Part shown: piece after piece, positions 19,457-29,369 of the stretch
Layout: each line of letters starts with the position of its first letter
Position numbering within the stretch: position 1 is the stretch's first letter
Source: an uncultured Gemmatimonadales bacterium
GTDB lineage: Bacteria; Gemmatimonadota; Gemmatimonadetes; Longimicrobiales; Longimicrobiaceae
Assembly (NCBI GenBank): GCA_963716255.1
Contig: OY970303.1
Coordinates: 1,664,001 to 1,728,000 of the forward strand
Direction: 5' to 3'
Length of the DNA: 64,000 nt
The notes under the pieces: model-generated
Databases searched by the model: none
The model's input: the letters and a program-made list of their open reading frames with translations, nothing else
Told to the model about the DNA's origin: nothing
Translations under genes and position numbers: made by a program

Positions 19457-21780
19457 ACGACAGCGCGATGCCCACGACCCGCAGATACGCCCGCCGGGCG
19501 CTCCTCCTCGCCGCCGTGGCGGCGGCGCTCCCGGGGTGCGCCGCCCGCCTGCCGGCGCAGCAGCAGCCGCCGCGCGCCGAGCGCGAGTCCGCCCTGCTGG
19601 CCCCCGCGCGCATCGCCGCGCTCACCGCCGCCGAGCGGCAGGCGTGGGAGCGCTACCTGGACGTCTCGCGCAGGCAGGCGCAGGCGGACCGCGACGCCAT
19701 GGCCGCCGAGCTGCGCGCCGCGGGGCTGGAAAAGGCGACCCCGGCGCCGCACGCCGACGGCTTCGGCATCGAGCCGCGCATGACCCCGGAGTGGTTCCGG
19801 GGCGACGAGGCGGGCCGCGTCGCCGACGCCATCATCTCCTTCCAGACGCCGGCCGGAGGGTGGTCCAAGCGCATGGAGTTCACCCGCCCGCGCCGCCCCG
19901 GCGAGAGCTGGGCGAGCGAGGGGAACTGGAGCTGGGTGGGCACCTTCGACAACGGCGCCACCACGTCGCAGCTCCGTTTCCTGGCGGGGGTGATGAACGC
20001 CGGCGGCGACGAGCGCCACCGGGAGTCGTTCCGGCGGGGGCTGGAGTACGTGCTCCGGGCGCAGTTCCCCACCGGGTGCTGGCCGCAGGTGTACCCGCTG
20101 GTGGGCTCGTACCACGACGCGGCCACCTTCAACGACGACGCCGTCGTCAACGTCCTCCGCCTCCTCCAGGACGTGGCCGCCGGAAAGGTGGCCGGGGTGG
20201 GCGAGGCGCAGCGGGGCCGGGCGGCGGCGAGCCTGCGGCGCGGCGTGGAGTGCGTCCTGGCGAGCCAGGTGGCGGTGGACGGGCGCCGCACCGCCTGGGG
20301 CCAGCAGCACGACCCGCTGACGCTGGAGCCGGTGGGCGCGCGCGCCTACGAGCACCGCTCGCTCGCCGGGCGCGAGAGCGCCGCCGTCGCGGACCTGCTG
20401 ATGCGGCTGGAGCCGGGCGACGCACGCGTGGCGGCGGCGGTGCGGGCCGCGGTGCAGTGGTTCCGCGACACCGCCGTGTACGGCTACGAGTACGCGGTCC
20501 GGGGCGGGCTGACGCCCAGGCCCGGGGCCGGGCCCCTGTGGGCGCGCTTCTACGAGATCGGCACCAACCGGCCCATGTTCAGCAACCGCGACGGGGTGGT
20601 GCGCTACGCATTCGCCGAGCTGGAGGAGGAGCGCCGCACCGGCTACGCCTGGTACACCGACGAGCCGGCGACCACGCTGCGCCGCTACGAAGCGTGGGCG
20701 CGCCGCCAGGCCGCCGCCGGGGCCGCGGCGTCCGCCCGCCCCGCCGCGCGGGCGCCCTCCGCCGTGGTGGACGCGGCGCACCGCGGCGCCGACGGCGCCC
20801 CGGTGCGCGGGGTGCGCGTCTTCCGCAGCATCGGGGCGGCGCTGGCCGCGGCGCCGGCGCCCGTGCCGGGCGGCGCGCCGTACGTGGTGTCCGTGCGCGA
20901 CGGGCGCTACCGCGAGAAGCTGAGCGTGGACCGCCCCGACGTGCACCTGGTCGGCCAGAGCCGCGAAGGCACGGTGCTCACCTACGACGCGGCGGCGGGA
21001 ATGCGCTCCCCCGGCGGGTGGACGTACGGCACGCGCGGGAGCTGGACGCTGCGGGTGGCCGCGCCGGGGTTCCGCCTGGAGCGCATGACGGTGGAGAACG
21101 CCTTCGACTACATGGGCAACGCGGCGAAGGCCGAGGGCGACTCCACCCGCGTCGACGGCGCCCAGGCGGTGGCGGTGATGCTGGAGGAGGGGAGCGACCG
21201 CGCCGAGTTCCGCGACTGCCGCCTCGCCGGCCACCAGGACACCCTGTTCCCCAACGCCGGCCGCAGCCACTTCCTGCGCTGCACCGTGCTGGGGAGCGTG
21301 GACTTCATCTTCGGGGCGGGGACCGCGCTGTTCGAGGACTCGGACATCGTCTCGCGCGACCGGGGCAGCGCGACGAGCAACGGCTTCGTCACCGCGCCCA
21401 GCACCCCGCTGTCGCAGCCGTACGGCTTCGTGTTCCTGCGCAGCCGGCTCAGGAAGGAAACGCCCGGGATGGCGCCGAATTCCGTCACGCTGGGGCGGCC
21501 GTGGCACCCCTCCGGGAACCCCGGCGCGGTGGGGAGCGCGGTGTTCATCGACACCTGGATGGACGACCACGTGGGCGCCCGGGGGTGGGACCCCATGAAC
21601 AGCACCGACGCGGCCGGGAACCGGGTGGTGAACCGCCCCGAGGACGCGCGCTTCTACGAATTCGGCAGCACCGGGCCCGGCGCCGTCGCCAGCTCCTCGC
21701 GCAGGGTGTTGAGCGAGGGTGAGGCGCGCGGCACCTTTGCCCTTGAAAAGGTGCTGGGTGGGTGGACGCCTGTCCGCTGA
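19453..21780 (+). CDS. PL10 pectate lyase fused to CE8 pectin methylesterase
   Basis: N-half TFDNGAT, WPQVYP, TFNDDA, WGQQHD, ARAYE, WARFYE (PL10); C-half QAVA, GHQDTLF, VDFIFG, LGRPW (CE8); lipobox-like LPGC. Confidence 0.9.
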   Translation: MNDSAMPTTRRYARRALLLAAVAAALPGCAARLPAQQQPPRAERESALLAPARIAALTAAERQAWERYLDVSRRQAQADRDAMAAELRAAGLEKATPAPHADGFGIEPRMTPEWFRGDEAGRVADAIISFQTPAGGWSKRMEFTRPRRPGESWASEGNWSWVGTFDNGATTSQLRFLAGVMNAGGDERHRESFRRGLEYVLRAQFPTGCWPQVYPLVGSYHDAATFNDDAVVNVLRLLQDVAAGKVAGVGEAQRGRAAASLRRGVECVLASQVAVDGRRTAWGQQHDPLTLEPVGARAYEHRSLAGRESAAVADLLMRLEPGDARVAAAVRAAVQWFRDTAVYGYEYAVRGGLTPRPGAGPLWARFYEIGTNRPMFSNRDGVVRYAFAELEEERRTGYAWYTDEPATTLRRYEAWARRQAAAGAAASARPAARAPSAVVDAAHRGADGAPVRGVRVFRSIGAALAAAPAPVPGGAPYVVSVRDGRYREKLSVDRPDVHLVGQSREGTVLTYDAAAGMRSPGGWTYGTRGSWTLRVAAPGFRLERMTVENAFDYMGNAAKAEGDSTRVDGAQAVAVMLEEGSDRAEFRDCRLAGHQDTLFPNAGRSHFLRCTVLGSVDFIFGAGTALFEDSDIVSRDRGSATSNGFVTAPSTPLSQPYGFVFLRSRLRKETPGMAPNSVTLGRPWHPSGNPGAVGSAVFIDTWMDDHVGARGWDPMNSTDAAGNRVVNRPEDARFYEFGSTGPGAVASSSRRVLSEGEARGTFALEKVLGGWTPVR

Positions 21781-21799
21781 TCCGGTCGAAGCAGGATTC

Positions 21800-22092
21800 G
21801 GGCGTGCCCCCGGCTGGCGCCGGGGTCGGGCTTCGGCTCCGTAGGCGAGCAAACAACGCTCGCCAACGGAGTCGAGCCCCGGCAAACTGCCGCCGGGTCT
21901 CGCCCCTTCGGGCCGAAATCCCTCACGCGACGGCAGGCCCCCTCCCCCCGGCCCCCTCCCCCGCAAGCGGGAGAGGGGGAGAACTGCCTGCGCTGCCTGT
22001 AGTTGCCCCGTCTCCCAGAATGGCGCTTCACGCTTCGCGTGAACCGGATGAAGGGAGGGGGTGGCAAGCCTCGAGCGAGCCGGGTGAGGGCC
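21800..22092 (+). repeat. Element A copy 3 (21800-21928) + element B hairpins + element C (22021-22053)
   Basis: Inner stem GGCGAGC-AAACAAC-GCTCGCC; followed by CCCCTCCCCCGCAAGCGGGAGAGGGG and TGGCGCTTCACGCTTCGCGTGAACCGGATGAAG. Confidence 0.9.
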
Positions 22093-22198
22093 CTTGCCGA
22101 CGGAAAGTGGTTGCTCGCGAGGGGGTTACGGGCGGGCGGCGGAGAGTGGACGAAGGTATTGCGCGCCCGGAACGCCCGCACTAGATTCGACCCCGCCT

Positions 22199-22219
22199 TT
22201 CGTTCTTAAGAAGAACAAT
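22199..22219. promoter_or_regulatory. Putative ROK operator TTCGTTC-N7-GAACAAT upstream of susC2
   Basis: Matches the 3461/3569 palindrome; a more degenerate site lies at 22326-22346. Confidence 0.55.
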
Positions 22220-22462
22220 ATCCGCGCTGATCCGTCCGGCGGCGCTTTCCCGTCCGGATTCCCGGTTCGTTCCCAGGCCTGCCCGCCGATCGCCGTTCCC
22301 GGCCGCGGGCCTTTTCGTCGGGCAATTTGTACGCACTACGTCCAAATTAGCACCGTTGCCAGTTCCCCCGGCGGTCCGGGCGCTCGCCGCGCCCCCGCCG
22401 GCAGCCGATCCGGCTGCAGCGTCCCCACCCGACCCATGGGTCACACCTTCCGGAGAGTCCAG

Positions 22463-25400
22463 ATGAAATGGACAGCCAGGCTCCTCTGTCTCCTCGCGCT
22501 CAGCCTGCTCCCGGCGGCGGCGCGCGCCCAGTCCGGCGGGCGGATCACCGGCACGGTGACCGAGGGCCCCACGGCGCGGCCGCTCGTCGGCGTGACGGTG
22601 ACCGTCGCGGGGACGCAGGCCAGCGCGGTCACCGCCGCGGACGGCCGCTACACCCTCGCCAACGTCCCCGCGGGCGCCGCGCGCGTGCGCGCCGCCATGA
22701 TCGGCTACGCGGCGCAGGAGCAGGCGGTCACGGTCGCGGCCGGCCAGTCCGCCACCGCCGACTTCACCCTGCAGGCAGAGGCGATCTCGCTGGAGGGGCT
22801 GGTCGCGGTGGGCTACGGGACGCAGCGCCGGCGTGACCTGACCGGGGCCGTCGCCACGGTGAACACCGAGGCGCTGCGGGAGCAGCCCATCACCTCCATC
22901 GACCAGATGCTGCAGGGCACCGCCCCGGGCGTCCAGGTCTCCACCGCGTCCAGCGCGCCGGGCGGCGGCATCTCCATCCGCGTCCGCGGCGGGACCTCGG
23001 TGTCGGAAGGGGTCAGCAACGAGCCGCTGTACGTCATCGACGGCTTCCCCATCGAGGTGGACTACACGCTGGACAACAACCGGCTGAGCGGCGGGCGCGG
23101 CACGGGGCTCAGCGTCCCCACCAACCCGCTGACCTCGCTGAACCCGCGCGACATCGAGTCCATCCAGGTCCTCAAGGACGCCTCGTCCACGGCCATCTAC
23201 GGCGCCCGCGCCGCCAACGGCGTGGTGCTCATCACCACCCGGCAGGGGCAGTCCGGCGCGCCGCGCGTCAACTTCGAGGCGTCCACCGGCCTGCAGGCCG
23301 TTTCCCGGCGCTACGACCTGCTCGACGGGCCGGAGTTCGCGCAGTTCGCCAACGACTGGGCCGCCAGCCAGGAGCTGGACCCCGTCTTCGCGGACCCCGG
23401 CGCGGTGAGCAGCACCGACTGGCAGGACCTGATCTTCCGCAGCGCCCCCATCCAGAGCTACCAGCTGTCGCTCAGCGGCGGGAGCAGCGGCGACAACGCC
23501 ACGCGCTACGCGGTCTCGGGCGGGTACTTCGACCAGCAGGGCGTGGTCATCGGCTCGCAGTTCCAGCGCAGCTCGCTCCGCCTCAACCTCACGCAGGACG
23601 TCCGGGGCCGGCTGCGGCTGGGGACCACGCTCACCGGGAGCCGGGTGGAGACCGCCTTCGCGGCCACGGACGGCGCCGTGAACGGCGCCGACGCCTCGGC
23701 GGTGGCGGCGGCGCTGCAGTCCATCCCCACCATCCCGGTGCGCCGCGAGGACGGCAGCTACACCACCGTGGCGCTGGACGCGCCGGCGGCGCTGAACGTG
23801 GGCGCCAGCGACCTCCAGAACCCGGTGGCGGTGCTGGAAAACATGAGCGACGAGCTGGGCGACACGCGCATCCTCACCAACTCGTACGCCGAGTTCGAGA
23901 TCATGGACGGGCTGAAGCTGCGCAGCAGCCTGGGCGCCAACGTCACCAACCGGCAGCGCGACACCTACTGGCCGCGCGAGACCTTCCGCGGCCGGCAGGC
24001 CAACGGGCAGGCGATCCGCGGGCGCAACGAGACCACCTCCCTCCTCAACGAGAACACGCTCTCGTTCGACCGCACCTTCGGCGACCTGCACTCGCTGAAC
24101 GTGGTGGTGGGCTACACCCGCCAGCGGCAGGACAACACCAGCACCAGCATGCTCAACGAGCAGTTCCTGAGCGACGTGCTGGACTTCGAGGACATCGGCG
24201 GGGGGAACCGCTCGGGCGGGCCCGTGGTGAGCTCCGGCTCGTACCGCACCACCATGGCATCGTACCTGGGCCGGGTGAACTACAACCTGCTGGGCCGCTA
24301 CATCTTCACCGTCACCGGCCGCCGCGACGGCTCGTCCCGCTTCGGGCCGGAGCGCAAGTGGGGCTTCTTCCCCTCGGGCGCCGTCGCCTGGCGGGCCTCG
24401 GACGAGCCCTTCCTGCGCGGCGTGGCGGCGCTCAGCGAGCTCAAGCTGCGCGCCTCGTACGGCGCCGCCGGCAACGCGGCCATCAGCCCGTACCAGTCGC
24501 TGGCGACGCTGGGCGCCCGCACCACGCCCTTCGGGAGCGTGATCGCCCCGGGCTACCGGCAGACCCGGCTGGCCAACGAGGAGCTGGGGTGGGAGACCAC
24601 GCACCAGTTCGACGCGGGCGTGGACCTGGGGCTGATGGACAACCGGGTGACGCTCACGGCGGACTACTACAACCGCCGCACGGAGGACCTGCTCCTCCAG
24701 GTGCAGCTCCCCATGGAGACGGGCTTCCGCGAGGCGTTCCAGAACGCGGGGGCGGTGCAGAACCGCGGCATCGAGCTGGCCCTGGGCGTCAACGCGCTGC
24801 GCGGCGACGGCTTCGACACGCCGCGCTGGAGCAACAGCTTCAACTACTCCCGCAACCGCAACCGGGTGCTGGACCTGGGCCCGGTGGACATCCTCCGCGT
24901 GCGGGGCATCAGCGCCAACTTCAACTTCCCCGGCAGCAACGTCCGCGTGGGCGAGCCCATCGGCGTGTTCTACGGCTACAGGACCAGCGGCATGTTCCGC
25001 GACTCGGCGGAGGCGGCGGCCTACGGGGCCACCCTCCCCAACCGCCGCTTCACGGCGGGCGAGGCGCGGGTGCTGGACCTGAGCGGCCCCGAGGGCGTGC
25101 CGGACGGCGTGATCAACGAGCTGGACCTGACGCGCATCGGCGACCCCAACCCGGACTACAACCTGGGGTGGAACAGCACGCTGGGGTGGCGCGGCTTCGA
25201 GCTGTCCACGCTGCTCAGCGGGTCGTTCGGCGCGGACGTGCTCAACCTCAACCTGATCCGCGTGGAAAGCGGCGCGCCCTCCACCAACATCACCCGCGAC
25301 CGCTTCTACGACGCCTGGACGCCGGAGAACCCGGACGCCAGGTACCCGCGGATCGGCGTGTCGTCGCAGTCCATCGGCTCCAACTACGTGGACACCATGC

Positions 25401-25654
25401 TGGAGGACGGGTCGTACCTGCGCCTCAGCAGCGTGACGCTGGCCTTCAACCTCCCGGAAAGCTGGGTGCGCGGGCGCGGCTTCCGCGAAACGCGGGTGTT
25501 CGTGACCGGCGGCAACCTGGTCACCTGGTCGGACTACAGCGGCTTCAACCCGGACGTCAGCAGCACGGGGATCGGCAACATCAACCGCGGGGTCGACGTG
25601 GGGGCGTACCCGCTCGCCCGCACGGTGACCGTCGGCGTGAACATCGGCTACTAG
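22463..25654 (+). CDS. SusC/RagA-type TonB-dependent transporter 2
   Basis: Start MKWTARLL; same SusC signature motifs; clearly paralogous to susC1. Confidence 0.95.
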   Translation: MKWTARLLCLLALSLLPAAARAQSGGRITGTVTEGPTARPLVGVTVTVAGTQASAVTAADGRYTLANVPAGAARVRAAMIGYAAQEQAVTVAAGQSATADFTLQAEAISLEGLVAVGYGTQRRRDLTGAVATVNTEALREQPITSIDQMLQGTAPGVQVSTASSAPGGGISIRVRGGTSVSEGVSNEPLYVIDGFPIEVDYTLDNNRLSGGRGTGLSVPTNPLTSLNPRDIESIQVLKDASSTAIYGARAANGVVLITTRQGQSGAPRVNFEASTGLQAVSRRYDLLDGPEFAQFANDWAASQELDPVFADPGAVSSTDWQDLIFRSAPIQSYQLSLSGGSSGDNATRYAVSGGYFDQQGVVIGSQFQRSSLRLNLTQDVRGRLRLGTTLTGSRVETAFAATDGAVNGADASAVAAALQSIPTIPVRREDGSYTTVALDAPAALNVGASDLQNPVAVLENMSDELGDTRILTNSYAEFEIMDGLKLRSSLGANVTNRQRDTYWPRETFRGRQANGQAIRGRNETTSLLNENTLSFDRTFGDLHSLNVVVGYTRQRQDNTSTSMLNEQFLSDVLDFEDIGGGNRSGGPVVSSGSYRTTMASYLGRVNYNLLGRYIFTVTGRRDGSSRFGPERKWGFFPSGAVAWRASDEPFLRGVAALSELKLRASYGAAGNAAISPYQSLATLGARTTPFGSVIAPGYRQTRLANEELGWETTHQFDAGVDLGLMDNRVTLTADYYNRRTEDLLLQVQLPMETGFREAFQNAGAVQNRGIELALGVNALRGDGFDTPRWSNSFNYSRNRNRVLDLGPVDILRVRGISANFNFPGSNVRVGEPIGVFYGYRTSGMFRDSAEAAAYGATLPNRRFTAGEARVLDLSGPEGVPDGVINELDLTRIGDPNPDYNLGWNSTLGWRGFELSTLLSGSFGADVLNLNLIRVESGAPSTNITRDRFYDAWTPENPDARYPRIGVSSQSIGSNYVDTMLEDGSYLRLSSVTLAFNLPESWVRGRGFRETRVFVTGGNLVTWSDYSGFNPDVSSTGIGNINRGVDVGAYPLARTVTVGVNIGY

Positions 25655-25670
25655 GGACGAGGGCACACAC

Positions 25671-27308
25671 ATGATCAGAAGACACGTAGCCGCCGTGCTC
25701 GCCGCCCTGGTGCTGGCGACGTCGGCCTGCGACGACGACGGATTCCTCACCGAGGTCCCCAGGGACTTCGTGGGGCCGGAGAACTTCTTCCGCAACGCGG
25801 ACGACGCGGTCGCGGCGGTCAACGGGGTGTACGCCGGCTTCATCTCCCCGCTGAACTGCGGCAGCGACGACTACTACGGCCGCAACCTCCTCATGCTGGT
25901 GGAGTACCCGGGCGAGGCGCTGACCTCGCGCTACGGGGCCACGCACGACCGCGGCGGGATCGACGCCTTCAACATCACCGTGGAGCACCCGTACCTGGCG
26001 ACAACCTGGCTGTGCGCCTACTCGTCCATCGGGAGCGCCAACCTGGTGGTCGCCAAGGTCCCCGGCATCGCCGGCATGGACGCGGCGCTGCGCGACCGGG
26101 TGGTGGCGGAAGCGCGCTTCCTGCGCGCCGTCCACTACTTCAACCTGGTGCGCCTGTTCGGCGACGTGCCGCTGCGCCTGGAGCCGGTGACGGAGGTGGG
26201 CAACCTGGCACTGCCGCGCGCCCCGGCGGCGGAGGTGTACCGGGCGATCATCGCGGACCTGGAGTTCGCGGCGGAAAAGCTCCCGGCGTCGTACACGGGC
26301 GTGGCCGGGGCCAACACCGGCCGGGCGACCCGGGGCGCGGCGCAGACGCTGCTCGCAAAGGTGCACCTCCAGTTCGGCGCGGTGCACGGGGGCGGGGCGG
26401 CGTCGTTCAACGCGGCGGCGGCGCTGCTGCGGCAGGTGGTGTCCAGCGGCCGCTACCAGCTGCTCCCGGACTTCGCCAGCGTGTTCGCGCTGAACAACGA
26501 GATGAACGCGGAGGTGGTTTTCGCGGCGCAGCTCACCCGCGTGTCGGGGCTGGGCGGGCGCATCGGGCAGCACGTGGCGCCCATCGGCTCGGGGCTCTCG
26601 GGGGTGCAGCCGGGCGGCATCTCCTTCTACCCGGAGTGGCCTTTCTACCGCGACTGGAACGCGGCGGACCGGCGCAAGGCGGGCACCTTCATGACGGAGT
26701 ACACGCACCCCACGCTGGGGCTGCTCCGCTGGTCGCGCCCCATGACGGGGACCAGCGCGCAGGTCACCACCGCCCTCAACAACCTGGGCACGCCGGGCGG
26801 CGGCCCCTGGCTGCGCAAGTCGCTGGACCCGCAGGCGGTCTCCGGCGCGGGCGACGAGAACGACATCATCCTGCTGCGCTACGCCGACGTGCTGCTGATG
26901 CTCGCCGAGGCGGTCAACGAGGCGTCCGGCCCCACGGCCGAGGCGTACACCGCGGTGAACGCGGTGCGGGCGCGCGCCGGGCTGGCCGCGCTGCCGGCGG
27001 GGCTCAGCCAGCAGGCGCTGCGCGAGGCGGTGCAGGTGGAGCGCCGCTACGAGTTCGTGCTGGAGGGCCACGTCTACTTCGACATGCAGCGCCACTGGGC
27101 GTGGTCCAAGGCGCGCGTGGAAGCCAACATCCAGGCCGGCAAGACGGTGGCGCTGGGCGGCCAGAACCTGAACGCCACGCCGTGGGGGAACAGCGTCCCC
27201 AAGGTGGGGATCAGCGCCGGCGTGGTGGAGGACAGGTACCGCTTCTTCCCCATCCCCTCCTCGGCGCGCTCCACCAACCCCGAGCTGACGCAGAACCCGG
27301 GCTGGTGA
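25671..27308 (+). CDS. SusD/RagB lipoprotein 2
   Basis: Lipobox TSAC; EARFLRAVHYFNLVRLFGDVPL, RYADVLL, QNPGW. Confidence 0.95.
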   Translation: MIRRHVAAVLAALVLATSACDDDGFLTEVPRDFVGPENFFRNADDAVAAVNGVYAGFISPLNCGSDDYYGRNLLMLVEYPGEALTSRYGATHDRGGIDAFNITVEHPYLATTWLCAYSSIGSANLVVAKVPGIAGMDAALRDRVVAEARFLRAVHYFNLVRLFGDVPLRLEPVTEVGNLALPRAPAAEVYRAIIADLEFAAEKLPASYTGVAGANTGRATRGAAQTLLAKVHLQFGAVHGGGAASFNAAAALLRQVVSSGRYQLLPDFASVFALNNEMNAEVVFAAQLTRVSGLGGRIGQHVAPIGSGLSGVQPGGISFYPEWPFYRDWNAADRRKAGTFMTEYTHPTLGLLRWSRPMTGTSAQVTTALNNLGTPGGGPWLRKSLDPQAVSGAGDENDIILLRYADVLLMLAEAVNEASGPTAEAYTAVNAVRARAGLAALPAGLSQQALREAVQVERRYEFVLEGHVYFDMQRHWAWSKARVEANIQAGKTVALGGQNLNATPWGNSVPKVGISAGVVEDRYRFFPIPSSARSTNPELTQNPGW

Positions 27309-27333
27309 GGCGGACCGGCAGGCGATGTGGAGA

Positions 27334-27365
27334 AGGGGCGCTTCCTCGGCGAGGAAGCGCCCCCT
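27334..27365. terminator. GC-rich hairpin between convergent susD2 and ROK2
   Basis: GGGGCGCTTCCTC-GGC-GAGGAAGCGCCCC perfect stem; no strong U tract. Confidence 0.5.
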
Positions 27366-27419
27366 CTGCGTTGGATGAACGGCGGTCGCTCCGGCTGGGC
27401 TCCGAGTATGGGGTCGGCC

Positions 27420-27582
27420 GGGGGAGGGGGCCGGGGGGAGGGGGCCTGCCGTCGCGTGAGGGATTTCGGCCCGAAGGGGCGAGACCCGCGGGCAGTTTCG
27501 CGGGGCTCGACTCCGTTGCAGACGGTCGTATCGTCTGCTACGGAGCCGAAGCCCGACCCCGGCGCCAGCCGGGGGCACGCCC
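27420..27582 (-). repeat. Partial element B + element A copy 4 (27454-27582, reverse)
   Basis: Inner stem GCAGACG-ATACGAC-CGTCTGC. Confidence 0.9.
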
Positions 27583-27606
27583 AACCCAGCAGTCAAATCC
27601 GCAAGA

Positions 27607-28827
27607 TCACGCCACACGCGGGGCCGCGAACTCACGGGCAAGCAGAAGCGCCGTCGCGCCGCGCAGGCGAGCAAGCCCGCCGGGAGACACCGGGACCACG
27701 GGCGTGGCCGCTGCGCCCGGCGTCAGCGAGCGCTCGCGCATGGCCCCGATCACCGTGTCGCCGATCAGGTCCCAGGCGGCCATGACCTCGCCGTCCAGGA
27801 AGATGCGCGCGGGGTTCAGCGCCATGACGATCCCGGCCAGCCCCATGCCCAGGCTGCGCGCCGTCTGCTGGAGGACTTCCGCGGCCCGGGCGTCGCCGGC
27901 GCGGGCGCGGACCACCAGGTCGGGGATGCTCATCCCGCTGCGCCGCAGCGTCTCGCGGTCGGCTTCCTCGGCGGGGTCCAGCCCCAGGTAGCGCCCCAGC
28001 GTCGCCAGGTTGGAGGTGTGCGCCTCCAGGCAGCCGCGCAGCCCGCACAGGCAGCGGGGGCCGTCCATGCTCAGCGGCAGGTGCCCGAACTCGCCCGCGG
28101 TGTCGCCGTGGCCGCGCAGCACCTGCCCGTCCACCACCACCCCCACCCCCACGCCGTCGGACACGGTGACGTAGGCGAAGTCGTCCACGCCGTCCACGCG
28201 CGACGGGTTGAGCCACATCTGCGCCAGCGCGCACGACACGGGGCCGTTCTCGATGAAGGCGCGCAGCCCGGTGCGGGCGGAAAGCATCTCGCGCAGCGGC
28301 ACGTCCTTCCACCCCAGCGCGGGCGAGTTGAGGACGCGCCCGGCGCGCCGGTCCACCATCCCCGGCACCACCAGCCCGATCCCCTCGCACCCGCCCTCCG
28401 CGCCGTGGACCTCCAGCAGGTCGCGCACGCGCTCGGCGAGGCGCTCCACCAGCTCGGCGGGGTCGGCGGGGGTGGGGAGGGTGTCCATGGCGATCTGGTT
28501 GCCGCTGAGGTCGGCGAGCACCACGTAGGTGCGGCTGAAGCGGACGTCGATCGCCACCGCCAGGCGGCCCTCGGTGCGCACGTGCAGCATGGTGGGGCGC
28601 CGGCCGCGCGGGGCGGTGGCGTGCTTTCCCTCGTAGATGCTGCCGCTGCGCAGCAGCTCGTCCACCAGCCGGGTGACGGTGCCGCGGGTCACGTCCATCA
28701 CGCGGGCCAGCTCGGCGCGGGAGATGGGCTGGTGCTCGCGGATCAGGTTCAGGACGATCTTCTCGTTGATCTGGCGCGGAGTGGAGCGCGTCGCGCGCTG
28801 GAAGCGCTGGGGGTTGATCTTCCGCAT
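27607..28827 (-). CDS. ROK-family repressor 2 (paralogue of ROK1)
   Basis: MRKINPQRFQRATRST; ISRAELAR, GEFGH, CLCGLRGCLE; same 1221-nt length as ROK1. Confidence 0.92.
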   Translation of the reverse strand: MRKINPQRFQRATRSTPRQINEKIVLNLIREHQPISRAELARVMDVTRGTVTRLVDELLRSGSIYEGKHATAPRGRRPTMLHVRTEGRLAVAIDVRFSRTYVVLADLSGNQIAMDTLPTPADPAELVERLAERVRDLLEVHGAEGGCEGIGLVVPGMVDRRAGRVLNSPALGWKDVPLREMLSARTGLRAFIENGPVSCALAQMWLNPSRVDGVDDFAYVTVSDGVGVGVVVDGQVLRGHGDTAGEFGHLPLSMDGPRCLCGLRGCLEAHTSNLATLGRYLGLDPAEEADRETLRRSGMSIPDLVVRARAGDARAAEVLQQTARSLGMGLAGIVMALNPARIFLDGEVMAAWDLIGDTVIGAMRERSLTPGAAATPVVPVSPGGLARLRGATALLLAREFAAPRVA

Positions 28828-29077
28828 CGGCCGAGAGCCTTCCTGTGTGCTGGACGGACAGCCGCGGTCCGGCGGACGCGCCGGTGCCGGTCCCGCCGGC
28901 TGGTACTCAAGTCGCAATCTAATGCATCCCTGAACAAAGTAAACTGTCCACGAAAAAATTTCTTGGGATCTATAGTTCCCCACTGCAACAAACGAGTAAA
29001 TCAAAGTCACGGGGCGGTCAGCACCACCGATTCCGCGGTCCCGGGGGCGTTGCGCACGCGAAGTGGAGGCGGGGACG

Positions 29078-29114
29078 AAAAAAAGCCCGGAAAGGCGATT
29101 CCGCCTTCCCGGGC
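29078..29114 (-). terminator. Intrinsic terminator
   Basis: Minus strand GCCCGGGAAGGCG-GAAT-CGCCTTTCCGGGC followed by T7, downstream of small ORF 29163-29369. Confidence 0.75.
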
Positions 29115-29162
29115 CCCGTGCGTTCGCGCGGTCCCGTGCCGGGACCACGACTGCCCCCACCG

Positions 29163-29369
29163 CTACGCGACCGGCGCGCCAACCTCCACGGGCACTTCGG
29201 CCGTCGCGACGCCCGCGCGGGCGGCAGCGCCGTCGCGCTCGCCCTTCATCCGCGACTGGCGCGTGTACTGGTCCTCCATGGCGGAGGCGAGGCGGTCCCA
29301 CAGGCTGCGGGACCGGCCTTCGGACGCGCGCTGGAAAGCCTCTTCGTACGCCTGCTTGTTTCCGCTCAT
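29163..29369 (-). CDS. Small hypothetical protein (68 aa)
   Basis: MSGNKQAYEEAFQRASEGRSRSLWDRLASAMEDQY..., GGAG upstream of the ATG, own terminator downstream. Confidence 0.6.
   Translation of the reverse strand: MSGNKQAYEEAFQRASEGRSRSLWDRLASAMEDQYTRQSRMKGERDGAAARAGVATAEVPVEVGAPVA

Noticed and set aside
21800..21928. Element A as a hammerhead or HDV-like ribozyme (contains GAAA, CGAA)
   Set aside because: No CUGANGA core on either strand; covariation supports simple 5'-3' end pairing rather than the HDV double pseudoknot. Self-cleavage is not excluded experimentally.
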